This document shows, piece after piece, positions 8,047 to 17,460 of a DNA stretch of 64,000 nucleotides (position 1 is its first letter; every line of letters begins with the position of its first letter). Made by a program: the position numbers and the translations under genes. The notes below the pieces were generated by a model. It did not search any database and was not told where the DNA came from. It worked only from the letters and a program-made list of their open reading frames with translations. Location: positions 576,001 to 640,000 of the forward strand of contig CAXXKJ010000002.1 in assembly GCA_963675295.2 (NCBI GenBank), given 5' to 3'. The DNA comes from a bacterium. Lineage in GTDB: Bacteria; Electryoneota; Electryoneia; Electryoneales; Electryoneaceae.

Positions 8047-10317
8047 GTGCCCTCGGTGTCACGAAAAAAGGGTTCCTCAAACTGTCTACGCCGTATCATC
8101 CTTCAGGGGATCACGGCCGGTATGATCCTGCTCCTGCAGTTTTCGGTGCTTATGATCGGCAAGAACACCGCTCCGATTCCGCTTGGTTCGGATACCATCA
8201 CGAACGACCTCCTTGCCACCGGCAGCCGAAAGGCGAGTAACCTGACGCATGGCTGGGAATTCCTGCCTGAAGGATCACGGTATTACACGTACGGCTCGTT
8301 GCCTGATTCCGGTTGGACGGCGGTTGATCTGAAAACGTTTGACGGTACGGGCTGGTCGGGTGACGGTTGGTTCCGGACGACATTGCAGATTTCGGATACA
8401 GTAACCGATTCGACGATTTCCTTCCTGTATGCTCATTATGGCGCGGTTGAGTTCTATTACGCTGGCGAATTGCTTCATGCCGACGGGGCAATTCTGCCGG
8501 ATGGAACGGCGACGGGTGAGCGGGTGTCGCGTTTTCCCTCACCGGTATTGCTGGATGTACGCCGGCAAAACCGTGATTTTGCGGTTCATGTGCATTCGTC
8601 ACACAAGCGCGAGCACATGGATTCCTACTGGTTTTCGTCCTGGTGGCGGTCGCAGCAGCCTGGTTTCATGCTGTCGTTCATCCGGACGGATCTTGGGCGT
8701 CCGTATTACATCAAGGAAATCATTGTCAACAATCTGCTGTTGATTGCAGCGACAGCATTGCTGATATTATCATTGTTATATTTCTTTATCTATTTAAATG
8801 CGATAATTTTGAAAGAATCATTATTATATAGCCTTTATGGTATATTATTGACAGCTAGTGCATTAATTTTCAATGTATTTAATCAATACACACCGTTAGA
8901 ATGGAGTTTATTTAACTATTATGGAACGTGGGGTCTATTTTCCATATCTGCGTATTTTGGATTACTGCTTCTGGGTTCATTATACAAGGTCAATTTAAAG
9001 AATGTTGTATTAATTGGCGTTATTATCAATATTGTATCGCTGGAGATCGACAGGCATATCGGGTTCAATGTCATACCGATTCCGATGGCAATTTTCAGCG
9101 TTGTGAATCTCTCCTTGATTATCTACGGACTCATCAAAAAGAAGAGTGGTGCCTGGATAGTCGCGGTTGGGTATTCAAGTCTGGCGATAATTGCCGCGCT
9201 GTGGGTGACGTTGTATGGCGAGTTGCGTGATTTCTCGATGCACATCGAGGCGCTGTGGTTGATCGGTTTCCTGCCGCCGTTCATCGCGTTTACCTATATC
9301 ATCTCCAACCGGATCGGCGAAATCTGGCAGCAGCGGCAGGAATTCCATGAACAGATCATGGAATTGCTTGAAAAATCAACCTTGCTCGAACAGCAGGCGG
9401 CCACCAACGAACACATCAACGCGGAAGTGCGTGAGTTCAACCGGGCGCTGGTGAAGCAGTTGGATATGCGCACGCAGGAGCTGATTATCGCTGAAAGGCA
9501 GGCGAGTTTCGGCCAGTTTGTCCAGGGGATTGTGCACAACCTGAAGAATCCGCTTTCCGGAATCATCGGCTATGCGGACATGAGTCGCGAATCGGTGCGG
9601 GAGCTGCGCGAAAGGCTGGAGATATCGGGTGGGCTGACCGAAGATGTTGAAGCCGGTTTCGAGGATCTGGAAGACGATGTAAACACGGTGATCGACGGCG
9701 GCAATCAGTTGCTGGAGATGCTGAACAGCTTGATGTCGAAGAGCCGTGGTGATCAGGACAGCCAGGCGGTAGTCTGCGATCTGAATGATTGTTTGCGCAA
9801 CGAGTTGGAGTTCCTGAATGCGGACCCGCGGTTGAAGAAGGTGATCAAGCTGGATATTCGTCTCGCGGCCGAACCGTTGTTTGTCAAGGCGGTTCGCGGG
9901 GAGATGACGCAGGTGATCTCCAATCTGGTGATCAACGCGCGGGATGCGTTGCACGAGATTCGTGAGCCGGAAATCGTGATCACGTCGTGGCAGGATGGTG
10001 ATTGGGTCGGATTTGATGTGCGTGACAACGGCTGCGGCATTCAGCCGAAGAATCTGAAGCGGATTTTCGATCCGTTCTACACGACGAAGCGGTTGCTCAA
10101 CGACGAGAACAAGAATGGTGGCGGCAACACACCAAGCGGCACCGGGCTTGGGATGTGGATCTGCAAGCAGATGGTTTCCTCGCATGGAGGCCGGATCGAG
10201 GTGGACAGCGAGGTAGGTGTTGGCACGACGGTGACCATCCGTCTGCCGGGCGTGATCGGTGACACGGTGGAACCGCGCGGCAATCGCAGAGAACCCGCTC
10301 AGCATCGACATGCATGA
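8047..10317 (+). CDS. Orphan sensor histidine kinase (extracellular domain, 7TM-like region, HisKA/HATPase; NtrB-type)
   Basis: H-box GIVHNLKNPL, N-box NLVINARDA, DNGCGI, IFDPFYTTK, GTGLG; GGAG upstream of the GTG. Confidence 0.92.
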   Translation: MPSVSRKKGSSNCLRRIILQGITAGMILLLQFSVLMIGKNTAPIPLGSDTITNDLLATGSRKASNLTHGWEFLPEGSRYYTYGSLPDSGWTAVDLKTFDGTGWSGDGWFRTTLQISDTVTDSTISFLYAHYGAVEFYYAGELLHADGAILPDGTATGERVSRFPSPVLLDVRRQNRDFAVHVHSSHKREHMDSYWFSSWWRSQQPGFMLSFIRTDLGRPYYIKEIIVNNLLLIAATALLILSLLYFFIYLNAIILKESLLYSLYGILLTASALIFNVFNQYTPLEWSLFNYYGTWGLFSISAYFGLLLLGSLYKVNLKNVVLIGVIINIVSLEIDRHIGFNVIPIPMAIFSVVNLSLIIYGLIKKKSGAWIVAVGYSSLAIIAALWVTLYGELRDFSMHIEALWLIGFLPPFIAFTYIISNRIGEIWQQRQEFHEQIMELLEKSTLLEQQAATNEHINAEVREFNRALVKQLDMRTQELIIAERQASFGQFVQGIVHNLKNPLSGIIGYADMSRESVRELRERLEISGGLTEDVEAGFEDLEDDVNTVIDGGNQLLEMLNSLMSKSRGDQDSQAVVCDLNDCLRNELEFLNADPRLKKVIKLDIRLAAEPLFVKAVRGEMTQVISNLVINARDALHEIREPEIVITSWQDGDWVGFDVRDNGCGIQPKNLKRIFDPFYTTKRLLNDENKNGGGNTPSGTGLGMWICKQMVSSHGGRIEVDSEVGVGTTVTIRLPGVIGDTVEPRGNRREPAQHRHA

Positions 10318-10407
10318 ACGGCTGAACGGGTTGGTGTTGTAACTTCAGTCCTGGATCCCGGAATTCAGTATCCCAGATGTTTCAACTCTGCATAAGCGCG
10401 GGGTTGC

Positions 10408-11382
10408 CTACCACGCATAGCATTCCGGCGCGGGTCCACCGGGTCCGGGCCAGATCTCATCCAGCTTCTTAAGTGTTTCCTCGGACAGCTCGACATCGAC
10501 AGCGTGCATGTTCTCCTTGAACTGGTCAAGGGTTCGCGGGCCGACGATGGGTGCGGTGATGGCTGGATTCGCCAGCAGCCACGCCAGGGCGACGTCGGCC
10601 GGCCGTTCGCCGATCTCGTCGCACAGGGCTTCGTACTGTTCGAGCTGGGTACGGCGTTCCTCAATCTGCTTCAGCATGTTGTCGGTGGTACGGCGTCCTT
10701 CCGACATCTTTTTCAATACGCCGCCGAGTAGTCCACCGCCAAGCGGGCTCCACGGGATGATGCCGACGCCGTACGCTTCGCAGGCCGGAATCAGGTCGGA
10801 TTCGATGGCGCGGTTGCCGAGGTGGTAGAAGCTTTGTTCGCTGACGATGCCGTAGAGGTTGCGTTTGAACGCGATTTCGTTGCCCTGCACGATGTGCCAG
10901 CCGGCGAAATTGCTGGTGCCGACGTAGAGGATCTTGCCTTCCTGGATCAGCTGGTCCATCGCCTGCCAGATTTCTTCCCACGGGGTGTCGCGGTCGACGT
11001 GATGCATCTGGTAGAGGTCGATGCGGTCGGTTTGCAGGCGTTTCAGGCTGGCATCCACGGCCTGGCGGATGTTGTAGGCGGACAGCTTGCGATCGTTGAT
11101 ACCGTCCTCGGACATCTGGCCGTAGACTTTGGTCGCGAGCACGATTTCGTCCCGCTTGCCCGGATTCTGCTTGAACCAGCGGCCGATGTATTCTTCGGAG
11201 GTGCCACGTCCCTTGCTGCCGCCGTAGACGTTCGCGGTATCCCAGAAGTTGACACCGCTGTCATAAGCGGTGTCCATGATGGTGCGGCTGTCGGCCTCGG
11301 TGGTCCAATGGCCGAAGTTCATCGTGCCGAGGCAGACACGGCTGACGCGTACGCCGGACCGGCCGAGATGTGCGTATTTCAT
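10408..11382 (-). CDS. Aldo/keto reductase
   Basis: LGTMNFG, DTANVYG, LATKV, IDLYQMH, PWSPLGGGLL; start at MKYAHLG. Confidence 0.95.
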   Translation of the reverse strand: MKYAHLGRSGVRVSRVCLGTMNFGHWTTEADSRTIMDTAYDSGVNFWDTANVYGGSKGRGTSEEYIGRWFKQNPGKRDEIVLATKVYGQMSEDGINDRKLSAYNIRQAVDASLKRLQTDRIDLYQMHHVDRDTPWEEIWQAMDQLIQEGKILYVGTSNFAGWHIVQGNEIAFKRNLYGIVSEQSFYHLGNRAIESDLIPACEAYGVGIIPWSPLGGGLLGGVLKKMSEGRRTTDNMLKQIEERRTQLEQYEALCDEIGERPADVALAWLLANPAITAPIVGPRTLDQFKENMHAVDVELSEETLKKLDEIWPGPGGPAPECYAW

Positions 11383-11575
11383 GATCGCTCCAGGTTGGTG
11401 GCTGGTGGTGGCTCGCAAGCTATTTGTACGGGTGGTGGCGGCGCAATCGGGAATGGATCGTGGGGTGGGCCGTGTGAGGGTCGCGAACGCTCCGTGCTCA
11501 TCTCTCCGCGTATGGGGGTAAAAGCTGCCCCTACCCTCAGTTTGTGTCTGTTCTATGCTGCTCTATCCTATGTAA

Positions 11576-11621
11576 TATCAGCGAATTACTCTCCACAAGA
11601 TGCTCTGGCGTGCTCCTTGCT
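11576..11621 (+). promoter_or_regulatory. Sigma54 (-24/-12) promoter with upstream IHF-like site
   Basis: CTGGCGTGCTCCTTGCT (GG-N10-GC, 11605-11621), ~43 nt before ATG 11664; TATCAGCGAATTA (WATCAR-N4-TTR) at 11576-11588. Confidence 0.7.
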
Positions 11622-11663
11622 CCAAGGTTTGCGGACCCGTATCTCCGCGACCCAGAGGACGCC

Positions 11664-14600
11664 ATGGATTTTCCACAATTTGCGGGCCGGCCGAACCGGC
11701 CGGACGAGATCGAACGGCAATTGGACAGCCGAACTCGGGACGAGTACACCGTCACGGCGATCGTGTCGGCGTATGCGTCAACGAAGTTCCTGCCGGACCT
11801 GCTCGAGGACCTGTTCGGCCAGACGCTTTATGCGCGTGGCGAGCTGGAAATCGTGTTCGTCGACAGCCACTCGCCGGAAGACGATTGGTCGCTGATCGAA
11901 GCGGCTGCCCGTGACCACGATCATGTCCGCGCCATTCGGACGGTGGAGCGTGAGACGCTGTACACGGCGTGGAATCGTGCCATCGCCGAAGCGCGCGGAC
12001 GTTACATCAGCAACGCAAACACGGACGACCGGCACCGCGCGGATGCGTACGAGCTGTTATCCGGCGTGCTGGACCAGCGCGAGGATGTCGCACTGGTGTA
12101 TTCGAACACGTATGTCTCGCGAGTGGAGAACGAACCCTTCGCGGAGAATACCGGCACCGAACCGTTCACTACTCCCGCCTTTTTCGCCCCGAACCAGTTG
12201 CTGCATTTCCCGTTTGGCGCGCAGCCGATGTGGCGCCGGACGGTTCATGATGTGATCGGTGTCTTTGACGGCTCGTTCAAAGCGGCCGGCGACTGGGATT
12301 TCGCGATCCGGTTTGTGCGCAAGTTCCGTGCGTTGCACATCGAGGAGGTGCTCGGATCGTACCTCGTGCAGGACAACGCAATCAGCTTCCGCGATGATAC
12401 GGTCAAGCGGGAGAATGCGCTCATCCACGGCCGGATTCACAATCCGGACACGGCGTACGTGTTGTACCGGCAGGAAGGGCTGGCGCTGGACACGCCGCAG
12501 GAGAAGGCGCAGGCGCTTGTCGATCTGGGCGTGCGCGCGTTGGGGTACAAGATTCCGTATGGCACCCCGCGGACCAAATTCCCGCTGGCGTTGAACTTTT
12601 TCGCGGAAGCGACCCGTCTCGCGCCGGAGTGGGCGGTGGGCTGGAACAATCTCGCGATCGCGCTGGCGTTGACCGGACAGCAGAAGCAGGCGCAGGAACT
12701 GATCGAGGCGCTGTCGGCGAAAGCGAAGCACCCGACGGTGGAGCGGAACGCGCGGATCATCCGTGAGGCGGCGACAGGAACGCCGGGCGAGGGATTGGAG
12801 GTGCTGCCCTCGGGGTTGCCATTCCCGAGCCAGGAGGAGCTACAGACCTCGGCGGTGGGACCGGACCGCAGTGTCAGCGCAGAGCAGTTGCTACAGGGAC
12901 AGGGTGAACAGCGGCCGGCGTCAACCGGATCAGCGCAAGGACCGACGAACGGCCAGGCGGCAGTGAGTCCGGTGGATCAATTGCGTGCCGAGGGGATTCG
13001 TCTACTGCAATCCGGTCAATTCGAGCCGGGAGTGGCGAAGCTGGATGCTGCGATTGAACGGGAACCGTTCGACACGAAAACCCACGACGCATTGCGTGTG
13101 CTCAGCCTGCAGGCGCCGGAGGGGTGGCAGCGGGAACGGGACACGCGTGTCGCGCAGATGATCCGTTCGACCAAGGGCGTGGAACGGCTGAATTGGATCC
13201 ACCGCTCGGGCCAGTTCCACGAAGCCCCGCAGTCGATGGAGACAATCTGGGATCTGGTGCGCACGGAGCTGACTCCGCAGCAGCCGGATACCTCAGGCGA
13301 GCCACGGGTGACGGTCGTGCTGACGGTGCACAATCACGAACGGTACGTCGAAGAGGCGTTCCGTTCGGTGATCGCGCAGACAGTGCGTGACTGGGAGCTG
13401 GTGATCGTTGATGATAACTCGACCGACGGCACCCCGGCGCTGATTGAGCGGCTGGTTAGCGAACATCAGGACTATCGGATCACGTCGCTGCGGCTGGATG
13501 GTGCCGGACCGGCGCGCGCACGGAACACCGGCGCATCGCACGGCAGCGCGCCGTACCTGTTGCTGCTGGATGGGGACGATCTGCTCGCGGCAGACTACAT
13601 CGAACAGCTGCTGCCTGTGATGGAGAAGGACGCGAATCTCGGCTGGGCGTACCCGGTCAGTGTGCAGGCAGGCGGACACAACCGGTTGTGGAGCTGGCGG
13701 CCGTTTGATGTCGCTGAGCTGGCTGCGGCGGACCGGATGCCGGTCAACAGTTTGATGCGTCGCGAGATGTTTGAGGACATGGGCGGCTTCAGCCCGGAAC
13801 TGGTCGGCGCGTACGAGGATTGGGATCTGTGGCTGCGGGCGGTTCGGGCCGGCTGGAAGGCGCGGATGGTGCCGTCAGCGCTGTTCCTGTATCGCAAGGT
13901 GGCGGGGTCGCGTTGTGACTTCAATGGCCAGCCGGAAGCGCCGGAAGTGGACGCGAAACGCACGATGATGCGTCATGTGCCGGAATTCTACCAGCCCGGT
14001 GCGGTGGATCATCCGGTGTTGACACAGGTGTTGCGGATTCCCATCGAGCTGGCGAACCGGGAGTATTGTGACCGACTGATGAAACGTTTTACCGCCAACA
14101 CACCGCCGGACAGGCCGGACAGACGACCGGAGATGATGACGGTGGAACCGGTAACGGGTCCGCGTTTGCAAGCAAACACGGGCACGGATACGAAGTTGCC
14201 AAGTGCGGATGAGCCGCGTCCGCAAGTTTTTAACACGGGCACGAACAAGGGAGTGGAAGCTGCGGATGATCCGCGTTTGCAAGCAAACACGGGCACGTCT
14301 GCAGACGGCAAGCCGGTGCGGGTGCTGTTCTACTTCTTCAAGAACGTACACATCCCGGTGTTGTTGCCGGTGTATCGCGAGATGAAGCGGCAGGGCGGGT
14401 TCGAGATCGCGTTCGCAATGCACGGGTATGACCGTCACATTCGCGCCGGGATGGAATCGTACGAGCTGGAGCTGTTGCGTCGTGAGGGCGCACCGATTGT
14501 GCAGGACCCGAGCGAGTGGCGTGCCGACGTGACGTTGATGGCGGATAACGTCGCGTTCAACCTGTTCGGCTGCGGAGAGATTGTCAACATCGGGCACGGC

Positions 14601-16247
14601 CTGCTGTCCAAAGGCCAGTATTTCACCGACACCGACATGATCCACCGTGAGAATCTCGAGGATCTGCTCTGTGTACCGGGTCCCTATCACAGGCAACGTA
14701 TCGCCGAGGGCGGACGGGTGTTCATCCCGGTTGTCGCGACCGGTTTCCCGAAGCTGGACAAGCTGTTCGATCCGAACGGGCCGTCTCGTGAACAGCTGCT
14801 GAAGCGGTACAAGATCGACCCGTCGAAACGGGTGGTGCTGTACGCGCCGACATTCAACATGTCGCTGTCCAGCATTCCGATTCTGTGGATGCGCGTCGCC
14901 GAGCTGGCGGATGAGGATACCGTGCTCCTGATAAAGCTGCACAGCTCGAGTTTGCCCGAGTTCAAGGACTCGTACCGTGAGTTGGCGGAAACACACAAGA
15001 ACGTGATCTACAGCGACGATCCGGACATCACCAACCTGCTGCGTGTTGCGGATGTGATGGTGACCGATGTCTCGTCGGTGATGATGGAGTTCATGGCGCT
15101 GGACAAACCGGTGGTGCTGTTCGACAACCCGAACCAATACACCTACCGTCACTATGACCCGCGCGACATCGAGTATGCCTGGCGTGATGTCGGCATCCGG
15201 GCGTCAACGTTGGACGAGGTGAAAGACGCGGTCGCGCGCTCGTTCGCCAACCCCGGCGAATTCCACGCGAAACGAAAAGAGTACGGCGAACTGATCCTGG
15301 CTGACCGTCAGGGCGGTGCGTCGGCGAACGTGGTGACTGCGATCCGCGATCTGCTCGCGGGAGCGTACGAGCCGAAGAAGATGCTGCCGGACGCGACGAC
15401 GGTGCTGCTGCCAGCTCATGCAGGCGAGGAGCAGGACACGGCGGCAACGGTCACGAGTGTGCTCGAGGACGGCGGCGAGAACGCGCGGCTGGTGGTGGTT
15501 GATCACGGTTGCGACCGGACGGCGTTGAGTCAGGCGTTGGGCGAATGGACCGGTGAGGTCAAGGTGATGACGCCGGATGAGGTACAGACTCAAGAGTTTG
15601 GCACCGAGTATCTCGCGTTGCTGCAGCCCGGTCTCGATTTGGGTGAGAAGCGCCTGTTCCGGTTGGTGAACCATCTGCGGCGCAGCGATCAACCCGCGGC
15701 GGTCGCGCCGTTGCTGTTCCCACGGATGGCGCAGGAGATCCCGCTGCAGAATGCCGCGAAGTATGTCCAGGGCGATACGTCGATGATGGCCGATCCGACG
15801 GCGCTGGACCGCAAGATGCGTGTGGTCGGGCTTGCGCAATTGCACCCGTCCTCGATTCCAGCGGCAGCGGTGACGGTGGCGGCGTCTCGAGGCAGCAACG
15901 TGTGGGACGTGCTGCGCGACCGTGCGGCGTCCGGATCAGGGGATGCGATTCCTGGAGTGCGGCTGGCGTTCGACGTGGCGGTCGGCCGGTTCGTGGATAA
16001 CCGTACGCCGCAACCGGCGCAGATGGCGTCAAAAGGAAACGGTGGCAACGCGAATCCGGGCAATGGGTCAGCGAAACCTGCTGCACCGCCCCGGAAGAAC
16101 CGGATGAGCCTGGTTACGCATTACGAGACCAAGGGCCAGCTGGATCGAGCGTTGGACCATGCCCGGCGGGCGTTGGCGGAGAACGCGGACGATCCGGAGG
16201 TGCGTGCGGCGGTGGAGCGGTTGGAACAGGCGGTCAGCCCGGCGTGA
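11664..16247 (+). CDS. Giant multidomain glycosyltransferase: GT2 - TPR - GT2 - CDP-glycerol glycerophosphotransferase-like - degenerate GT-A - TPR
   Basis: VFVDSHS/NANTDD and IVDDNSTDGT/LLDGDD GT2 motifs, AVGWNNLAIAL TPR, TGFPKLD/LYAPTF/DVMVTDVSSV; start at MDFPQF with AGAGGA RBS and sigma54 promoter. Confidence 0.9.
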   Translation: MDFPQFAGRPNRPDEIERQLDSRTRDEYTVTAIVSAYASTKFLPDLLEDLFGQTLYARGELEIVFVDSHSPEDDWSLIEAAARDHDHVRAIRTVERETLYTAWNRAIAEARGRYISNANTDDRHRADAYELLSGVLDQREDVALVYSNTYVSRVENEPFAENTGTEPFTTPAFFAPNQLLHFPFGAQPMWRRTVHDVIGVFDGSFKAAGDWDFAIRFVRKFRALHIEEVLGSYLVQDNAISFRDDTVKRENALIHGRIHNPDTAYVLYRQEGLALDTPQEKAQALVDLGVRALGYKIPYGTPRTKFPLALNFFAEATRLAPEWAVGWNNLAIALALTGQQKQAQELIEALSAKAKHPTVERNARIIREAATGTPGEGLEVLPSGLPFPSQEELQTSAVGPDRSVSAEQLLQGQGEQRPASTGSAQGPTNGQAAVSPVDQLRAEGIRLLQSGQFEPGVAKLDAAIEREPFDTKTHDALRVLSLQAPEGWQRERDTRVAQMIRSTKGVERLNWIHRSGQFHEAPQSMETIWDLVRTELTPQQPDTSGEPRVTVVLTVHNHERYVEEAFRSVIAQTVRDWELVIVDDNSTDGTPALIERLVSEHQDYRITSLRLDGAGPARARNTGASHGSAPYLLLLDGDDLLAADYIEQLLPVMEKDANLGWAYPVSVQAGGHNRLWSWRPFDVAELAAADRMPVNSLMRREMFEDMGGFSPELVGAYEDWDLWLRAVRAGWKARMVPSALFLYRKVAGSRCDFNGQPEAPEVDAKRTMMRHVPEFYQPGAVDHPVLTQVLRIPIELANREYCDRLMKRFTANTPPDRPDRRPEMMTVEPVTGPRLQANTGTDTKLPSADEPRPQVFNTGTNKGVEAADDPRLQANTGTSADGKPVRVLFYFFKNVHIPVLLPVYREMKRQGGFEIAFAMHGYDRHIRAGMESYELELLRREGAPIVQDPSEWRADVTLMADNVAFNLFGCGEIVNIGHGLLSKGQYFTDTDMIHRENLEDLLCVPGPYHRQRIAEGGRVFIPVVATGFPKLDKLFDPNGPSREQLLKRYKIDPSKRVVLYAPTFNMSLSSIPILWMRVAELADEDTVLLIKLHSSSLPEFKDSYRELAETHKNVIYSDDPDITNLLRVADVMVTDVSSVMMEFMALDKPVVLFDNPNQYTYRHYDPRDIEYAWRDVGIRASTLDEVKDAVARSFANPGEFHAKRKEYGELILADRQGGASANVVTAIRDLLAGAYEPKKMLPDATTVLLPAHAGEEQDTAATVTSVLEDGGENARLVVVDHGCDRTALSQALGEWTGEVKVMTPDEVQTQEFGTEYLALLQPGLDLGEKRLFRLVNHLRRSDQPAAVAPLLFPRMAQEIPLQNAAKYVQGDTSMMADPTALDRKMRVVGLAQLHPSSIPAAAVTVAASRGSNVWDVLRDRAASGSGDAIPGVRLAFDVAVGRFVDNRTPQPAQMASKGNGGNANPGNGSAKPAAPPRKNRMSLVTHYETKGQLDRALDHARRALAENADDPEVRAAVERLEQAVSPA
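14159..14297 (+). repeat. Three in-frame family-A REP-like repeats inside the glycosyltransferase linker
   Basis: TCCGCGTTTGCAAGCAAACACGGGCACG (14159), CCGCGTCCGCAAGTTTTTAACACGGGCACG (14214), TCCGCGTTTGCAAGCAAACACGGGCACG (14270), encoding PRLQANTGT / PRPQVFNTGT / PRLQANTGT. Confidence 0.88.
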
Positions 16248-16275
16248 TGCCGGCGTTGCGATACGGGAGTGATGG

Positions 16276-17460
16276 ATGAACGGCTTCAACGGGAACAACG
16301 GCTTCGGCAAGGACGATGGCGCGAAGGGTGTCAACGGCTTCAGCGGAAACGGGGTCAACGGCCACAGCCTGCATAACGGACACGGCAACGGTGGTGGCAA
16401 TGGCAATCCCAGCCCACTGCGGGCGTTGATTACCGGCATCACCGGGCAGGACGGCAGCTACCTCGCCGAACTGTTGCTCGCGAAGGGGTACGAGGTACAC
16501 GGCCTGATCCGGCGTTCCTCGACCTTCTCCACCGGCCGGATCGATCACATCTACGACGATCCGCATTGGGAAAACGCCAATTTGCGCCTGCATTACGGCG
16601 ATCTTACCGACAGCACGGGCTTGCGCCGGATCATCGAGGAAATCGAGCCGCACGAGGTGTACAACCTCGGCGCGCAGTCGCATGTGCGGGTTTCGTTCGA
16701 CCAGCCGGAGTACACGGCGGATGTGGTCGCGACCGGGACGCTGCGTCTGTTCGAGGCGATTCGGGATTATATCGCGATCTCCCGGAACAGTCCGAAGATC
16801 TACCAGGCGTGCTCGTCCGAGATGTTCGGCAGCTCGCCCCCGCCGCAGAATGAACTGACGCCGTTCCATCCGCGCAGTCCGTACGCGGTGAGCAAGGTCG
16901 CGGGGTATCATTATGGTGTGAACTATCGCGAGGCGTACGGCCTGTTCATCTCGAACGGCATCCTGTTCAACCACGAATCGCCTCGCCGTGGCGGCACGTT
17001 TGTCACTCGCAAGATCACCCGGGCGCTGACCCGCATCAAATTGGGCCTGCAGGAAACGTTGTTCCTTGGCAACTTGGACGCCAAACGTGACTGGGGCTTC
17101 GCCGGGGACTATGTCGAGGCGATGTGGCGGATGTTGCAGCATGATCGTCCCGATGATTTCGTCGTCGCGACCGGCGAAACGCACTCGGTGCGCGAATTTC
17201 TCGAGGAAGCGGCGAGCGTGCTCGACATGGACTGGGAGCGGGTGGTGGAATTCGACCCACGGTATCTGCGCCCGGCGGAAGTGGACGCGCTACTCGGCGA
17301 TTCGCGCAAGATTCGTGAACAGTTGGGCTGGCAGCCGACGGTCACCTTCTCCGGCCTGGTACGGATGATGGTTGAACACGACCTCGACCTGGCGGAGCGG
17401 GAACGGGTGCTGGCGGACGCCGGGCATGCGATGAGACGGCAGGCGAGTGGGGATGAATGA
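16276..17460 (+). CDS. gmd: GDP-mannose 4,6-dehydratase with a ~45-aa Asn/Gly-rich N-terminal extension
   Basis: [58 protein letters not shown]. Confidence 0.97.
   Translation: MNGFNGNNGFGKDDGAKGVNGFSGNGVNGHSLHNGHGNGGGNGNPSPLRALITGITGQDGSYLAELLLAKGYEVHGLIRRSSTFSTGRIDHIYDDPHWENANLRLHYGDLTDSTGLRRIIEEIEPHEVYNLGAQSHVRVSFDQPEYTADVVATGTLRLFEAIRDYIAISRNSPKIYQACSSEMFGSSPPPQNELTPFHPRSPYAVSKVAGYHYGVNYREAYGLFISNGILFNHESPRRGGTFVTRKITRALTRIKLGLQETLFLGNLDAKRDWGFAGDYVEAMWRMLQHDRPDDFVVATGETHSVREFLEEAASVLDMDWERVVEFDPRYLRPAEVDALLGDSRKIREQLGWQPTVTFSGLVRMMVEHDLDLAERERVLADAGHAMRRQASGDE

Noticed and set aside
11544-11663. ORF-track N-terminal extension of the large glycosyltransferase
   Set aside because: It overlaps the sigma54 and IHF-like motifs; ATG 11664 has a proper RBS. 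Similar over-extensions were trimmed for secG, ptsH, pal, metK and the integrase.
14159-14297. Three ~28-bp repeats with ~26-nt unique spacers as a mini-CRISPR
   Set aside because: Superficially CRISPR-like spacing, but the repeats differ in length, lie in frame in a long ORF, have no leader or cas genes, and match isolated intergenic copies.
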